Part shown: in pieces, positions 50,392-60,337 of the stretch
Layout of the letters: each line of letters opens with the position of its first letter
Position numbering within the stretch: the stretch's first letter is position 1
From: Microcystaceae cyanobacterium
GTDB taxonomy: Bacteria; Cyanobacteriota; Cyanobacteriia; Cyanobacteriales; Microcystaceae
DNA length: 64,000 nt
Assembly: GCA_041746575.1 (NCBI GenBank)
Contig: JBGTGT010000101.1
Location: 43,859 to 107,858, forward strand
Direction of reading: 5' to 3'
Made by a program: the position numbers and the translations under genes
The notes under the pieces: generated by a model
What the model was told of the DNA's origin: nothing
Databases searched by the model: none
What the model saw: the letters and a program-made list of their open reading frames with translations, nothing else

Positions 50392-51954
50392 TTAGTTACT
50401 TTGATCGCCACCACCAACATCTAAATTGCCATCGCCAGATTCTGCACCAAAGTCGATTTGAATTAGGTTCGTGTTGTCGCTGGTGTTGGTATTTTCATTG
50501 GTGATGTTATTAACGTTATCAATAACTGAGTCAATGGTGCTGGTGATGTTTGAAGTCACTTCACCCATGATGTCATTTTCAAGGGTATTAGCTAACTCAG
50601 ACGGTGAACCGATGCCTTCACCAAAGTCAATATTGCCCGTCGTTGCCGCCACATCAGATTCAATGTCGCTCATTAACTCATTTGCGCCTTCAATGGCTGA
50701 ATCTACCGCCGCCTGAGCATCGTTAGCACTATCTAAGGCAGAATCCACTGTACTATCCAATGCGCTTTCAATGGCACTATCTAAATCAGACATTCCCCCT
50801 TCTAAGGCGGCATCTAAAGCATTATCGATTGCAGAATCGACGGCTCCGTCCACCTCACTGGTGACATCAGATCCTTCAAGGCCACCAATGTCAACAGCAC
50901 CACCTTGAGCGTCTGCCGTTGAAGGACCACTTTGAGCGTCTGCTGTTGAGGGACCACTTTGAGCATCTGCTGTTCCACCTGCACCCCCTTCACTGGTGGT
51001 CGTAGAATCCAAAGGGCCGGTTTGAGCGTCTGCTGTTGAAGGACCACTTTGAGCGTCTGCTGTCCCACCTGCACTGGTTGAATCAGAGTTTGAGGCATTT
51101 TCCCCGTCAATCGAGCCTTCAATGTCAGACTCTAACTCAGACAGCGCATCAGAGATCGAATCACCAGAGGCAGAATCACCAGAGGTCGCATTGCCGCCTT
51201 CACCTGTTCCCGTTCCTGCAGAGGTAGAAGATCCCCCATTAGCGGCCGAATCGGACTCAGAAGGACCATTCGTAGCTGATGAGTCGCCGCCATCCGAAGT
51301 AGAAGATCCCCCATTAGCAGCCGAATCACCAGAGGTGGCATTTGAGGGACCGGAGGACGCATCACCAGAGGTGGCAACGCCGCCTTCACCTGTTCCGGTA
51401 GAAGACCCACCATTGGCCGTTGAATCGGACTCAGAAGGACCACTGGTAGCCGTTGAATCACCACTGTCAGAAGTGGCATCACCACTATCAGAGGTGGCAA
51501 CGCCGCCTTCACCTGTTCCGGTAGAAGACCCACCATTGGCTGTTGAATCAGACTCAGAAGGCCCATTAGTGGCCGTTGAATCACCACTATCAGAGGTGGC
51601 AGTACCGCCTTCACCTGTTCCGGTAGAAGACCCACCGTTGGCTGTTGAATCGGAAGTGGAATCTCCTGCTGTGTTGGTAGCGGCAGAATCTCCATCCGAA
51701 GTGGAATCTCCTGCTGTATTGGTAGCGGCAGAATCTCCATCCGAAGTGGAATCAGCCGTATTGTCAGCCGTTGCATCTGAAGTTGCGTCAGCGTTTGAAT
51801 CAGAAGTAACTTCTACATCCTCTACAGCTGAAGTTGCGGGGTCTTGAGGGAAAACTTGAGCGAGGCTACGTAATAAGAAGGCATCAAAACCAATTCCTCC
51901 CACGGCGGCGAGGACAGCAGTCAAGGCTAACGATTTAATTTTTTTCATTTTCAT
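50392..51954 (-). CDS. secreted hyper-acidic S/G/D/T/A repeat protein
   Basis: Basic N-terminus plus hydrophobic core and SLA|Q cleavage site; internal 9-, 15- and ~34-aa repeats with synonymous variation. Confidence 0.85.
   Translation of the reverse strand: MKMKKIKSLALTAVLAAVGGIGFDAFLLRSLAQVFPQDPATSAVEDVEVTSDSNADATSDATADNTADSTSDGDSAATNTAGDSTSDGDSAATNTAGDSTSDSTANGGSSTGTGEGGTATSDSGDSTATNGPSESDSTANGGSSTGTGEGGVATSDSGDATSDSGDSTATSGPSESDSTANGGSSTGTGEGGVATSGDASSGPSNATSGDSAANGGSSTSDGGDSSATNGPSESDSAANGGSSTSAGTGTGEGGNATSGDSASGDSISDALSELESDIEGSIDGENASNSDSTSAGGTADAQSGPSTADAQTGPLDSTTTSEGGAGGTADAQSGPSTADAQSGPSTADAQGGAVDIGGLEGSDVTSEVDGAVDSAIDNALDAALEGGMSDLDSAIESALDSTVDSALDSANDAQAAVDSAIEGANELMSDIESDVAATTGNIDFGEGIGSPSELANTLENDIMGEVTSNITSTIDSVIDNVNNITNENTNTSDNTNLIQIDFGAESGDGNLDVGGGDQSN
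50900..51760 (-). repeat. coding tandem repeats: 27-nt (STADAQSGP), ~102-nt (DSTANGGSSTGTGEGG...), 45-nt (GDSTSDGDSAATNTA)
   Basis: TADAQ x5, DS[TA]ANGGSST x5, DSTSDGDSAATNTAG x2. Confidence 0.9.
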
Positions 51955-52753
51955 TATCTTAGTCAGAACTCAACTTTATTTATAGGAGAACGAGCGCAAC
52001 GAATTTACCCTTTTAATTGACGGCTTCAATCATTAATTTGAGATTAAGCGATCAATAATAATGGCTTTACTCCGTTTTTCTCTGCGTACTCCTAAATTAA
52101 TTTTTAATGCGAAAAATTTTTTTGTCAATACGAACAAAATTAGTTTTTTCAGCACATGATTTGTTTTTAACGACTTATATTTTGTCGATTTTAAACAATG
52201 ATATTTAAGAACGGAAAATGTTTTTTTTGATAACTTGTGTTTTCAATAATCCTTTTTCGTGATTTTCAGAAACCGCGATCGCTCAAACATCCTTTGGGAA
52301 AACCATTTGAGAGATTAGACTCAGATTTTGGTTGCTTCATGGGAAATAGTTAAGCGATTTCCAAAGCTTATTCACTTCACCATTTTACGGAATCACTTTA
52401 TCGTTCCGCTACAGAGATATCGGCAAAAGCATAAATTTTACGCATTTACGATTCAGAGAAAGGCGCAGGGAATTTTATAATTTAGGGAAGGCGACAAAAG
52501 TAGGCAAAGGAGATGTCGCGGGCAGATAAAACAACGGGTAGCACTCTTTACAGTCTTTCAATTTTTTGAGAAAAAATATAAAGCTTTATTTCAATCATAA
52601 GTGGTACAGACGACAACTCATATTGTCGGTCATACTATATAGTAACAACTGCTTATCGAAATATACTTGCTCCGTTATTCCGGAAAACGACAAATTGCAT
52701 CTGTAAATATCGGTAATTGACGGTCTATACTTTAGTATGAGAGGAATGCAATC

Positions 52754-53719
52754 ATGAAAGACGCTGCATCATTTCGGTCTTATCTAGACTCCCTCAATCT
52801 TCAACAACAAAAACAGATTCAACAGATTACCCTAAAAATTAAAAATCGATTGCGTCGTTGCGCTCAAGATATTGTGGAAATTGGCAATGATTTATGCCAA
52901 ATAAAAAAACATTTAAAGCATGGTGAGTTTCGTCAGTGGTTGAAAGTGGAATTTGATTGGAGTGTGTCGACTGCTAATAAATTTATGCAAGTCAGTCAAC
53001 GATTTACGACAAAAGACTTAGTTGATGTCGAAATTGCTCCCTCCGCTCTTTATCTTTTATCAGCCTCTTCGCTTCCAGATACGGTTCGTCAAAATGCGCT
53101 TGAACAAGCGAAACAAGGTAAGCCTATTAGTTTTTCCTTTGCTCAACAATTGATCAATACTCATAAAACCCAAACCTCCGAGGTTTCTATCGAAGAGGAA
53201 GTCAGCCGTCAAGCACATCAGGAACACAACGATGTTGTCTCGTCCGCCTTGCCCGATCAGTGTTCATCTAACATTAATGTCTATCCTTTTGCTAATTTTA
53301 GTATTTGTCTGCAACGGGAATGGCAGCGCATGGCGCGCGAACAAAAAGATTTATCGGTGATCATTGCTCAAATTGATGATACCTCTTTGTTACTTTCTGC
53401 TGAAATACTTGAAATAATGACCAACAAAATGGCGAGTTTGTTGCATCGTCCTGCTGATTTTATTGTTTACGATAGGAATAACCGATGGTTCATTATTCTA
53501 CCAAATACCTCGGCGGAAGGAGCGCATTGGGTGAGGCGTCGTTTTTTAGAATGGTTCTCTGTTTGGCAAAACCAAAATAATTCCTTTCATAATTTAGAAA
53601 TGCCCAAACTTAGTTTAGGGAATGCAACCGTCGTTCCCCAACCGAATTCTGATGCTAAGTCTTTAATTGAACAAGCGCAACGGGCTTTAAAGCAAGAACA
53701 CTACACTAAAATAGACTAG
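52754..53719 (+). CDS. DUF3102 domain fused to a degenerate GGDEF domain
   Basis: IVEIG..L...K..L.HGEF.QWL..EF.WS..TA.KFM; then QREWQRMAREQ..LS...HRPADFIVYDRNNRWFIILPNT..EGA. Confidence 0.85.
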   Translation: MKDAASFRSYLDSLNLQQQKQIQQITLKIKNRLRRCAQDIVEIGNDLCQIKKHLKHGEFRQWLKVEFDWSVSTANKFMQVSQRFTTKDLVDVEIAPSALYLLSASSLPDTVRQNALEQAKQGKPISFSFAQQLINTHKTQTSEVSIEEEVSRQAHQEHNDVVSSALPDQCSSNINVYPFANFSICLQREWQRMAREQKDLSVIIAQIDDTSLLLSAEILEIMTNKMASLLHRPADFIVYDRNNRWFIILPNTSAEGAHWVRRRFLEWFSVWQNQNNSFHNLEMPKLSLGNATVVPQPNSDAKSLIEQAQRALKQEHYTKID

Positions 53720-54096
53720 ATTCTTTTTTCATCAGTTTGAAAGTAAAAGTCAAAATATGATTAATTAATAATTTGACGTTTGGTAATAGGAGCGAGAAAC
53801 GACTCCTAATCGGTCGTAAGGACTAAATCGTCTCTATTATTTTAGTTATTTTTGGACATTTCTATAGCAATAGATTAAGTTAAAAAAAATTAATCTAGAA
53901 AAATGGTAAATTTATATACAAAAACAGAAAAAAATTATATACTTATTCTTGAAAATTTTAATTATAAAACACCGTCTAAATTATCTTTATTTATTTAGAC
54001 AAAAAACTGACTGAATTTTAGCCGTTATATTATTCCTGTTTGCTGATTGTTTCTCTACGAATTATTTGCTCTTCTTTACATTACCTCTTTTTTGAG

Positions 54097-54855
54097 ATGT
54101 CATATATGGCTGTCAATTCCACCGCTCCGTTAGAACTCCCAATGTTCGCCAAGCCGATTAATCGTTTATTGAACACTCTATCCGAACATGAATATGAACG
54201 GCTGTTGTCCTATCTCACCCCCGTCTATCTCAAAGCGGGTAAAACGATTTGGCAACCGTTTGAACCTATTACAATGGTTTATTTTCCGAATAACGCCCTC
54301 ATTTCTCTCGTATCCCACCTAGAAAATGGTGTCACCACGGAAATTGCCCTTATTGGCTATGAAGGTGTCGTCGGACTTCCTGTTATTCTAGGAACTCAAT
54401 ATTGTCCTTATGAAGCGATTGTTCAGATTGAAGGTGTAGCCTTAAGATTAGATGCCAAAATTTTCAAAGAAGAATTTAAACGGGAAGGGAGCTTGTTTCA
54501 CCGACTTTTAGCCTATAGTCAAGCTCGTTTGACTCAGTCGGCTCAAACCTCCGTCTGTAACCGTCAGCATACCATTGAAGCTCGTCTAGCTCGTTGGTTG
54601 TTATCTGTGCGGGATTGCACCCTTTGTAATGAGTTGCCAGTGACTCAAGAATTGATTGCCAATATGTTAGGTGTCCGTCGCTCTGGTGTGACTGTTGCTC
54701 TCGGAAAATTGCAGAAACTCGACATTATTCGCTGTTATCGGGGAAAAATTGTGATCATTGATGCAGTGAAGCTGACAAATGTTTCCTGTGAATGTTATGC
54801 TCTAATTAAAGATGAATTTGCTCGTTTACTTAAACTTGCCAATGCTTTTAACTAG
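54097..54855 (+). CDS. Crp/Fnr family transcriptional regulator
   Basis: NRLL..L, IGYEGVVG, CNRQHTIEARLARWLL, TQE.IANMLGVRRSGVT HTH, CECY. Confidence 0.93.
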   Translation: MSYMAVNSTAPLELPMFAKPINRLLNTLSEHEYERLLSYLTPVYLKAGKTIWQPFEPITMVYFPNNALISLVSHLENGVTTEIALIGYEGVVGLPVILGTQYCPYEAIVQIEGVALRLDAKIFKEEFKREGSLFHRLLAYSQARLTQSAQTSVCNRQHTIEARLARWLLSVRDCTLCNELPVTQELIANMLGVRRSGVTVALGKLQKLDIIRCYRGKIVIIDAVKLTNVSCECYALIKDEFARLLKLANAFN

Positions 54856-54873
54856 TTGCTCTAAGGAATAACG

Positions 54874-54937
54874 CCATTCAAGTACAATTGAATAGGAGGG
54901 AGATTGCGATCGCTTTATTAGAAAGATATTGTCAAAA
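54874..54937 (+). repeat. right direct repeat; orphan C-terminus of the zincin gene (open to 54971)
   Basis: Encodes ...EIAIALLERYCQKKRLAKHLLTK* versus EIAIALLEKYCQNIR* in the left copy. Confidence 0.93.
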
Positions 54938-55002
54938 GAAGCGTTTGGCAAAACATCTCCTAACAAAATAAAAAGGGAACTTAGAACTCGAATTATTAGA
55001 AA

Positions 55003-55767
55003 ATGATCTGTGTTTTTTTTCATCGTTTAACAACTCGTTTTCTATTTTTTCTTAGTCTTATTTTTTGCCTCATCATTGGACAGATAACCGTATTTTCTCA
55101 AACAACTAACCTTCCTTTACCGAATCCTCAAATTCATCCACTGCCGGCTTTCCTTGAACAATGGCAAGATTCAACGGATTCAGGGGATTACTTTGATTAT
55201 ATCGAAGTTTCACCAATGGGGTATTTAATTTGGTCAACTTTGCCAATTACCATTTATGTAGAAACCCCCCTTAATCTTGATGAAAATTCTGCCAGCGATC
55301 GCCGTTTTCAACAATGGTTTAACGCGGTTTTAACAGCGATTCAAGAATGGAATATTTACTTACCTTTGGTAAGGATTACCAGTCCTGAAAAAGCCGATAT
55401 TAAAATCTTAAGAGAAAATCCGCCTTTAGGTTCAACCCGAGATCCCGAAACAGGACAACTGCTCATTCCTCGCGCTCGTTCGGCTCAAACAACCTATCAA
55501 TTTAAAGTCAAAGATGATAGACTGATTCATCAAATGACCTTACAAATTAGTCCCAGATTGAGTGAAATTTCTACTTTATCAGCGACTCGTCATGAGCTAG
55601 GTCATGCGTTGGGTATTTGGGGTCATAGTCCTTTTGAAAACGATGCTCTTTACTTTTCTCAAGTTCCTGTTTCACCTTCAATTTCTCTGAGGGATGTTAA
55701 TACCTTAAAAAGAATTTATCAACAACCGACGCGCTTAGGTTGGACAATTCTTCAACTCTCTTATTAA
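55003..55767 (+). CDS. matrixin-like (M10) metallopeptidase
   Basis: HELGHALGIWGHS; ISLRDVNTL..IY. Confidence 0.88.
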   Translation: MICVFFHRLTTRFLFFLSLIFCLIIGQITVFSQTTNLPLPNPQIHPLPAFLEQWQDSTDSGDYFDYIEVSPMGYLIWSTLPITIYVETPLNLDENSASDRRFQQWFNAVLTAIQEWNIYLPLVRITSPEKADIKILRENPPLGSTRDPETGQLLIPRARSAQTTYQFKVKDDRLIHQMTLQISPRLSEISTLSATRHELGHALGIWGHSPFENDALYFSQVPVSPSISLRDVNTLKRIYQQPTRLGWTILQLSY

Positions 55768-55897
55768 ATCTCGCTAAAACTTTAATAAATAGGCTGATTT
55801 TCAGTCTTTAAATTTTAGTCAAAAATAAATATTTACGCTTTTTACAAATGATTGATATAATTGAGAAAACTGATTTAAATAATTAGAGATTTAACCG

Positions 55898-58594
55898 ATG
55901 TCTTTTGTAGGTTTACATATTCATAGTGATTATAGTCTTTTAGATGGCGCATCCCAATTACCTTCCCTGGTTGAGCGGGCGGTTGAGTTAGGAATGCCAG
56001 CGATCGCTTTAACAGATCACGGGGTAATGTATGGCGCAATTGAACTGATTAAAGTCTGCCGGGATAAAGGCATTAAACCGATTATTGGCAATGAGATGTA
56101 TGTCATTAATGGTGATATTGAAGAGAAAAAAAAATATCGTCGCTATCATCAAGTTGTTTTAGCAAAAAATACGCAAGGGTATAAAAATCTCGTTAAGTTA
56201 ACCACCGTTTCTCACCTAAAAGGAATACAGGGAAAAGGAATTTTTGCTCGTCCTTGCATTAATAAAGACCTCTTAAAATACTACCACGAAGGTTTAATTG
56301 TGACCAGTGCTTGTTTAGGAGGAGAAATTCCCCAAGCCATTTTAGCCAATGATCTCAACCGAGCCGAAGAAGTCGCTAAATGGTATCAAGCTATTTTTGG
56401 AGATGACTATTACTTAGAAATTCAAGATCACGGTTCCCCTGAAGATAGAATGGTCAATGTTGCGATCGTTAATATCGCTAAAGCATTGGGCATTAAAATC
56501 ATAGCGACCAATGATTCTCATTTTATATCTTGTTATGATGTAGAAGCTCATGATGCCCTTTTATGTATTCAAACAGGGAAATTAATTACCGAAGATAAAC
56601 GTCTCAGATATAGCGGCACTGAATATCTTAAATCGGCAGAAGAAATGCGTTTGCTCTTTCGAGATCACTTACCCAATGACATCATCGAAGAAGCGATTAA
56701 CAATACCCTAGAAGTGTCCGAAAAAGTCGAAATTTATAAGATATTAGGAGAGCCTCGTATTCCGAATTACCCCGTTCCTCCCGGTCACACTTCTGATAGT
56801 TATGTTGAAGAAATCGCTTGGAAGGGGTTAATGGAACGCCTAAAATGTAAATCCCACAGCGAACTTGAACCGCACTATAAAGAACGATTAGAATACGAAC
56901 TTAAAATGTTACAAAAGATGGGTTTCTCAACCTATTTTCTGGTTGTGTGGGATTATATTAAATATGCCAGAGATCATCATATTCCAGTTGGCCCCGGACG
57001 AGGTTCGGCGGCGGGATCTTTAGTAGCTTATGCCATGAAAATTACCAATATTGATCCGGTACATCACGGCTTATTGTTTGAGCGATTTCTCAATCCTGAA
57101 CGAAAATCGATGCCCGATATTGATACCGATTTTTGTATTGAAAGACGAGATGAAATGATTCGATATGTCACCGAAAAATACGGGGAAACCAATGTTGCCC
57201 AAATTATTACTTTTAACCGCCTGACTTCTAAAGCGGTGCTTAAAGATGTAGCCAGAGTGTTAAATATTCCCTATTCGGATTCCGATAGAATGGCGAAATT
57301 AATTCCTGTTTTGCGGGGGAAACCGACTAAATTAAAAGTCATGATTTCTGACAAAACCCCAGAACCTGAATTTAAAAAAGCGTATGATCATCAAGACGTT
57401 GACATTAAAGATGACAAGGGCAATGTGAGTGGACAAATTCCTGTTCGTAGTTGGATAGATATGGCCATTCGTATTGAAGGGACGAATAAAACCTTTGGCG
57501 TTCATGCGGCAGGTGTGGTCATTTCTTCCGAACCGTTAGATGAAATTGTTCCTTTACAAAAGAATAATGATGGTGCAGTAATTACCCAATATTTTATGGA
57601 AGATTTAGAGTCGTTAGGTTTATTGAAAATGGACTTTTTAGGCTTAAAAAACTTAACGACTTTAGAAAGAGCCGTAGAACTGATTCAGCAAAATCAAGGG
57701 ATTCAACTGGATTTAGACCAGCTTCCTTTAGACGAACGAAAAGCCTTACAAATTATTGAAAAAGGAAACCTTAAAAAATTACCTCCCGATATTGAGAAAA
57801 CCCATAAATTACTAGAAGCAGGAGATTTAGAAGGGATTTTCCAACTTGAATCATCGGGAATGAAACAAATTGTCAAAGACTTAAAACCTTCAGGGATCGA
57901 AGATATTTCTTCTATTTTAGCCCTCTATCGTCCGGGGCCTTTAGATGCGGGACTAATTCCTAAATTTATTGATCGTAAACATGGTCGAGAACCGATTCAA
58001 TATGAACATAAGTTACTCGAACCCATTCTTAAAGAAACCTATGCTGTGCTCGTTTATCAAGAACAAATTATGAAAATGGCGCAAGATTTGGCAGGATATT
58101 CTTTAGGAGAAGCGGATTTATTGCGTCGTGCGATGGGTAAGAAAAAAGCCTCAGAAATGGCAAAACATCGTGAAATTTTTATTGATGGTTCGACCCGAAA
58201 TGGGGTACCGCCGAGAATTGCAGAAAATTTATTTGAGCAGATGGTCAAATTTGCTGAATATTGTCTCAGTTATGAAACTGAAATTTTAACAATAGAATAT
58301 GGCTTTTTAGCGATCGGTCAAATTGTAGAAGCGGAGATTGAATGTCAGGTTTATACCATAGATAAGAATGGGTTTATTTATACCCAACCCATTGTGCAAT
58401 GGCACGATAGAGGAGAAAGGGAAATTTATCAATATACCCTAGAAGGGGGTTCAGTGATTCAGTCCACGAAAGATCATCAGTTTATGACGATAACAGGGGA
58501 AATGTTCCCCATTGATCAGATTTTTCAACAAGGATTGGAACTTAAGCAAATTCCGGTCAGTATGCCAGAAAAGATTGAACCTTGTTGGGTTTAA
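55898..58594 (+). CDS. dnaE: DNA polymerase III alpha N-terminal half with split-intein N fragment
   Basis: PHP domain [23 protein letters not shown]; ends [12 protein letters not shown]... Confidence 0.97.
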   Translation: MSFVGLHIHSDYSLLDGASQLPSLVERAVELGMPAIALTDHGVMYGAIELIKVCRDKGIKPIIGNEMYVINGDIEEKKKYRRYHQVVLAKNTQGYKNLVKLTTVSHLKGIQGKGIFARPCINKDLLKYYHEGLIVTSACLGGEIPQAILANDLNRAEEVAKWYQAIFGDDYYLEIQDHGSPEDRMVNVAIVNIAKALGIKIIATNDSHFISCYDVEAHDALLCIQTGKLITEDKRLRYSGTEYLKSAEEMRLLFRDHLPNDIIEEAINNTLEVSEKVEIYKILGEPRIPNYPVPPGHTSDSYVEEIAWKGLMERLKCKSHSELEPHYKERLEYELKMLQKMGFSTYFLVVWDYIKYARDHHIPVGPGRGSAAGSLVAYAMKITNIDPVHHGLLFERFLNPERKSMPDIDTDFCIERRDEMIRYVTEKYGETNVAQIITFNRLTSKAVLKDVARVLNIPYSDSDRMAKLIPVLRGKPTKLKVMISDKTPEPEFKKAYDHQDVDIKDDKGNVSGQIPVRSWIDMAIRIEGTNKTFGVHAAGVVISSEPLDEIVPLQKNNDGAVITQYFMEDLESLGLLKMDFLGLKNLTTLERAVELIQQNQGIQLDLDQLPLDERKALQIIEKGNLKKLPPDIEKTHKLLEAGDLEGIFQLESSGMKQIVKDLKPSGIEDISSILALYRPGPLDAGLIPKFIDRKHGREPIQYEHKLLEPILKETYAVLVYQEQIMKMAQDLAGYSLGEADLLRRAMGKKKASEMAKHREIFIDGSTRNGVPPRIAENLFEQMVKFAEYCLSYETEILTIEYGFLAIGQIVEAEIECQVYTIDKNGFIYTQPIVQWHDRGEREIYQYTLEGGSVIQSTKDHQFMTITGEMFPIDQIFQQGLELKQIPVSMPEKIEPCWV
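58262..58591 (+). other. DnaE split intein, N fragment (110 aa)
   Basis: Cys1 [18 protein letters not shown]; block B TKDH. Confidence 0.95.
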
Positions 58595-58905
58595 GCGATG
58601 GATTTGTTCACTTTTTTACACAGAAATTCCCCAACCCCTTGAGGAGAAAAGGCTGTTTCTTTGCCATATTTCCCTTTTTTTGTTTGGGTTCGACAATTAT
58701 AAACTTGGTCAGGGTAAGTTACGCCATTAACCTTAACTGAAGCGCGATATTCCCAATGATACTTTGCACTGCGCTTAATTGTCAGAATACAAATTTCGGT
58801 ACCTTGATAAGGGTAACAAGATAAAGCGATCGCTGGCAGAGGTAAGAAAATCCCTAGCCATCCTAAGCACAGGATTAAGCCCAGTTTAATCGTTTTCATG
58901 AACAT
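58591..58905 (-). CDS. conserved cyanobacterial secreted hypothetical protein
   Basis: Signal peptide; [22 protein letters not shown]. Confidence 0.75.
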   Translation of the reverse strand: MFMKTIKLGLILCLGWLGIFLPLPAIALSCYPYQGTEICILTIKRSAKYHWEYRASVKVNGVTYPDQVYNCRTQTKKGKYGKETAFSPQGVGEFLCKKVNKSIA

Positions 58906-59284
58906 ATCGTTATTTTACTGACTAAAAGTAATTAGGTATTTAGGTTTTATCTTTTTTACTTCTTTTTTTGATCCTTTTATCTTCCTCAGATTATTAGGGA
59001 GGGGAATCCGAACCGAGGCTCAAGGCATGGCGGAAATCAGAATTCGCTACAATGAAAAAGGACCATCCTTAATAACTATCATCATAGGTTACACTAAAGC
59101 CTAAGCCCTAAGCTCAAAAGATAACAGAGATAATCTGATCTCTATTGTTTTTCTAAGATTTAGGGATATTTGAGCAAAGGTTAATGATCTTGAGCTAGTA
59201 TTAGTAGACTCAGAGAAATTCATTTAACCCCAATCCCTTATTTTATTTCTGTATAAAAAGCTATTGCATTTAACCTTAACAACA

Positions 59285-60250
59285 ATGACAACTGACAACA
59301 TCCGCCTACGCAACGAATTTATCAATACGCAAGTGATTACCCGCAATACGGGCAAAAAATTAGGTGTCGTTAAAGAAATCTTAGTTGATATTGATCAAAG
59401 AGAAGTGATTGCCTTTGGGTTACGGGATAATATGCTATCTCTGTCGGGAATGTGCCAATATCTCTACTTATCCGAGGTTGGTCAAACGGGAGATGTCATT
59501 CTGGTCGAAAATGAAGACGTCATCGAAAGTATCGACGTGGATTTGTATAGTCCTCTGGTCAATAGCGAAGTCATTACCGAAGCGGGAGAGCCTTTAGGAC
59601 GGGTGCGAGATTTTCAGTTTGATAGTGCCACTGGTAAGGTCATTTCTATCGTGATTGCCTCCCTTGGACTGCCACAGATTCCTGAATCTTTATTGAGTAC
59701 CTACGAGTTATCCATAGAAGAAGTGGTCAGCAGCGGACCCAATCGTCTGATTGTCTTTGAAGGTGCAGAAGAACGGCTTTCTCAAGTGTCTGTCGGCTTA
59801 TTAGAACGCTTAGGCATTGGTCGTCCGCCTTGGGAAAAAGACGCCGCCGATGTTTATTATCCTCCAACGGCCAAACCCGAAAATCAACTCGGCACAGGCA
59901 TCCCCATTCGCACGCCCATTCAAACGAGACAACCTGAACCCGTACTCGAAGAACGCTGGTCAGAAGACGAGTGGGAACAACCGACGGCGCGTCGGGCAGA
60001 AAACCCACGCTACGATACTTATGAAGCCGAATATGAAGAAGATAATTGGGGGGAAAGTCATCAAGAACGGACGATGGACTATGAGCCTCAACCTTACACC
60101 CCTCCTCGCACGGAAAAAGCTCACAAGCCGGCGGAGGATATGTGGGATGACGATGTTGAACCCGACGAACCTTATAATCCCCCACGGGTTAATCTTCCCG
60201 AAAAGCAACGGGAAAAATCCCCTGAATATTACGAAGAAGAAGCAGGTTAA
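59285..60250 (+). CDS. PRC-barrel domain protein with acidic tail
   Basis: TQVITRNTGKKLGVV, EVITEAGEPLGRVRDF. Confidence 0.88.
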   Translation: MTTDNIRLRNEFINTQVITRNTGKKLGVVKEILVDIDQREVIAFGLRDNMLSLSGMCQYLYLSEVGQTGDVILVENEDVIESIDVDLYSPLVNSEVITEAGEPLGRVRDFQFDSATGKVISIVIASLGLPQIPESLLSTYELSIEEVVSSGPNRLIVFEGAEERLSQVSVGLLERLGIGRPPWEKDAADVYYPPTAKPENQLGTGIPIRTPIQTRQPEPVLEERWSEDEWEQPTARRAENPRYDTYEAEYEEDNWGESHQERTMDYEPQPYTPPRTEKAHKPAEDMWDDDVEPDEPYNPPRVNLPEKQREKSPEYYEEEAG

Positions 60251-60272
60251 GTTATATCAAGTCATTAGACTC

Positions 60273-60299
60273 GAAAGGAAGTGAAATTCACCTTCTTTT
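60273..60299. terminator. bidirectional terminator between convergent genes
   Basis: AAAGGAAGTGAA-A-TTCACCTTCTTTT. Confidence 0.55.
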
Positions 60300-60337
60300 G
60301 CAATTTTTTGTCATCTTACTTTTATGGATCGAGAATT

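Larger units (their letters stand above)
49358..54873. mobile_element. integrase-free four-gene genomic islet between direct repeats
   Basis: The repeats lie just outside the stop codons of the outer genes (49387 and 54855); no recombinase gene inside. Confidence 0.7.

Noticed and set aside
50900..51760. Regularly recurring repeats as a possible CRISPR array
   Set aside because: Units are in-frame, variable in length and lack unique spacers; no cas genes in the window
50471..51847. Long alternative-frame ORFs over the acidic repeat gene (51122..51847 +, 51132..51776 -, 50814..51122 -, 50471..50716 +)
   Set aside because: Shadows of a stop-poor repetitive coding sequence; only the 50392..51954 frame has a signal peptide and synonymous repeat variation
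51955..52753. Canonical CRP (TGTGA-N6-TCACA) or NtcA boxes and a c-di-GMP riboswitch in the divergent promoter region
   Set aside because: No convincing match found by eye; needs a proper motif and covariance-model scan
59727..60284. Overlapping ORFs of 152, 155 and 82 aa
   Set aside because: They overlap the low-complexity tail of the PRC-barrel gene and have no recognisable motifs
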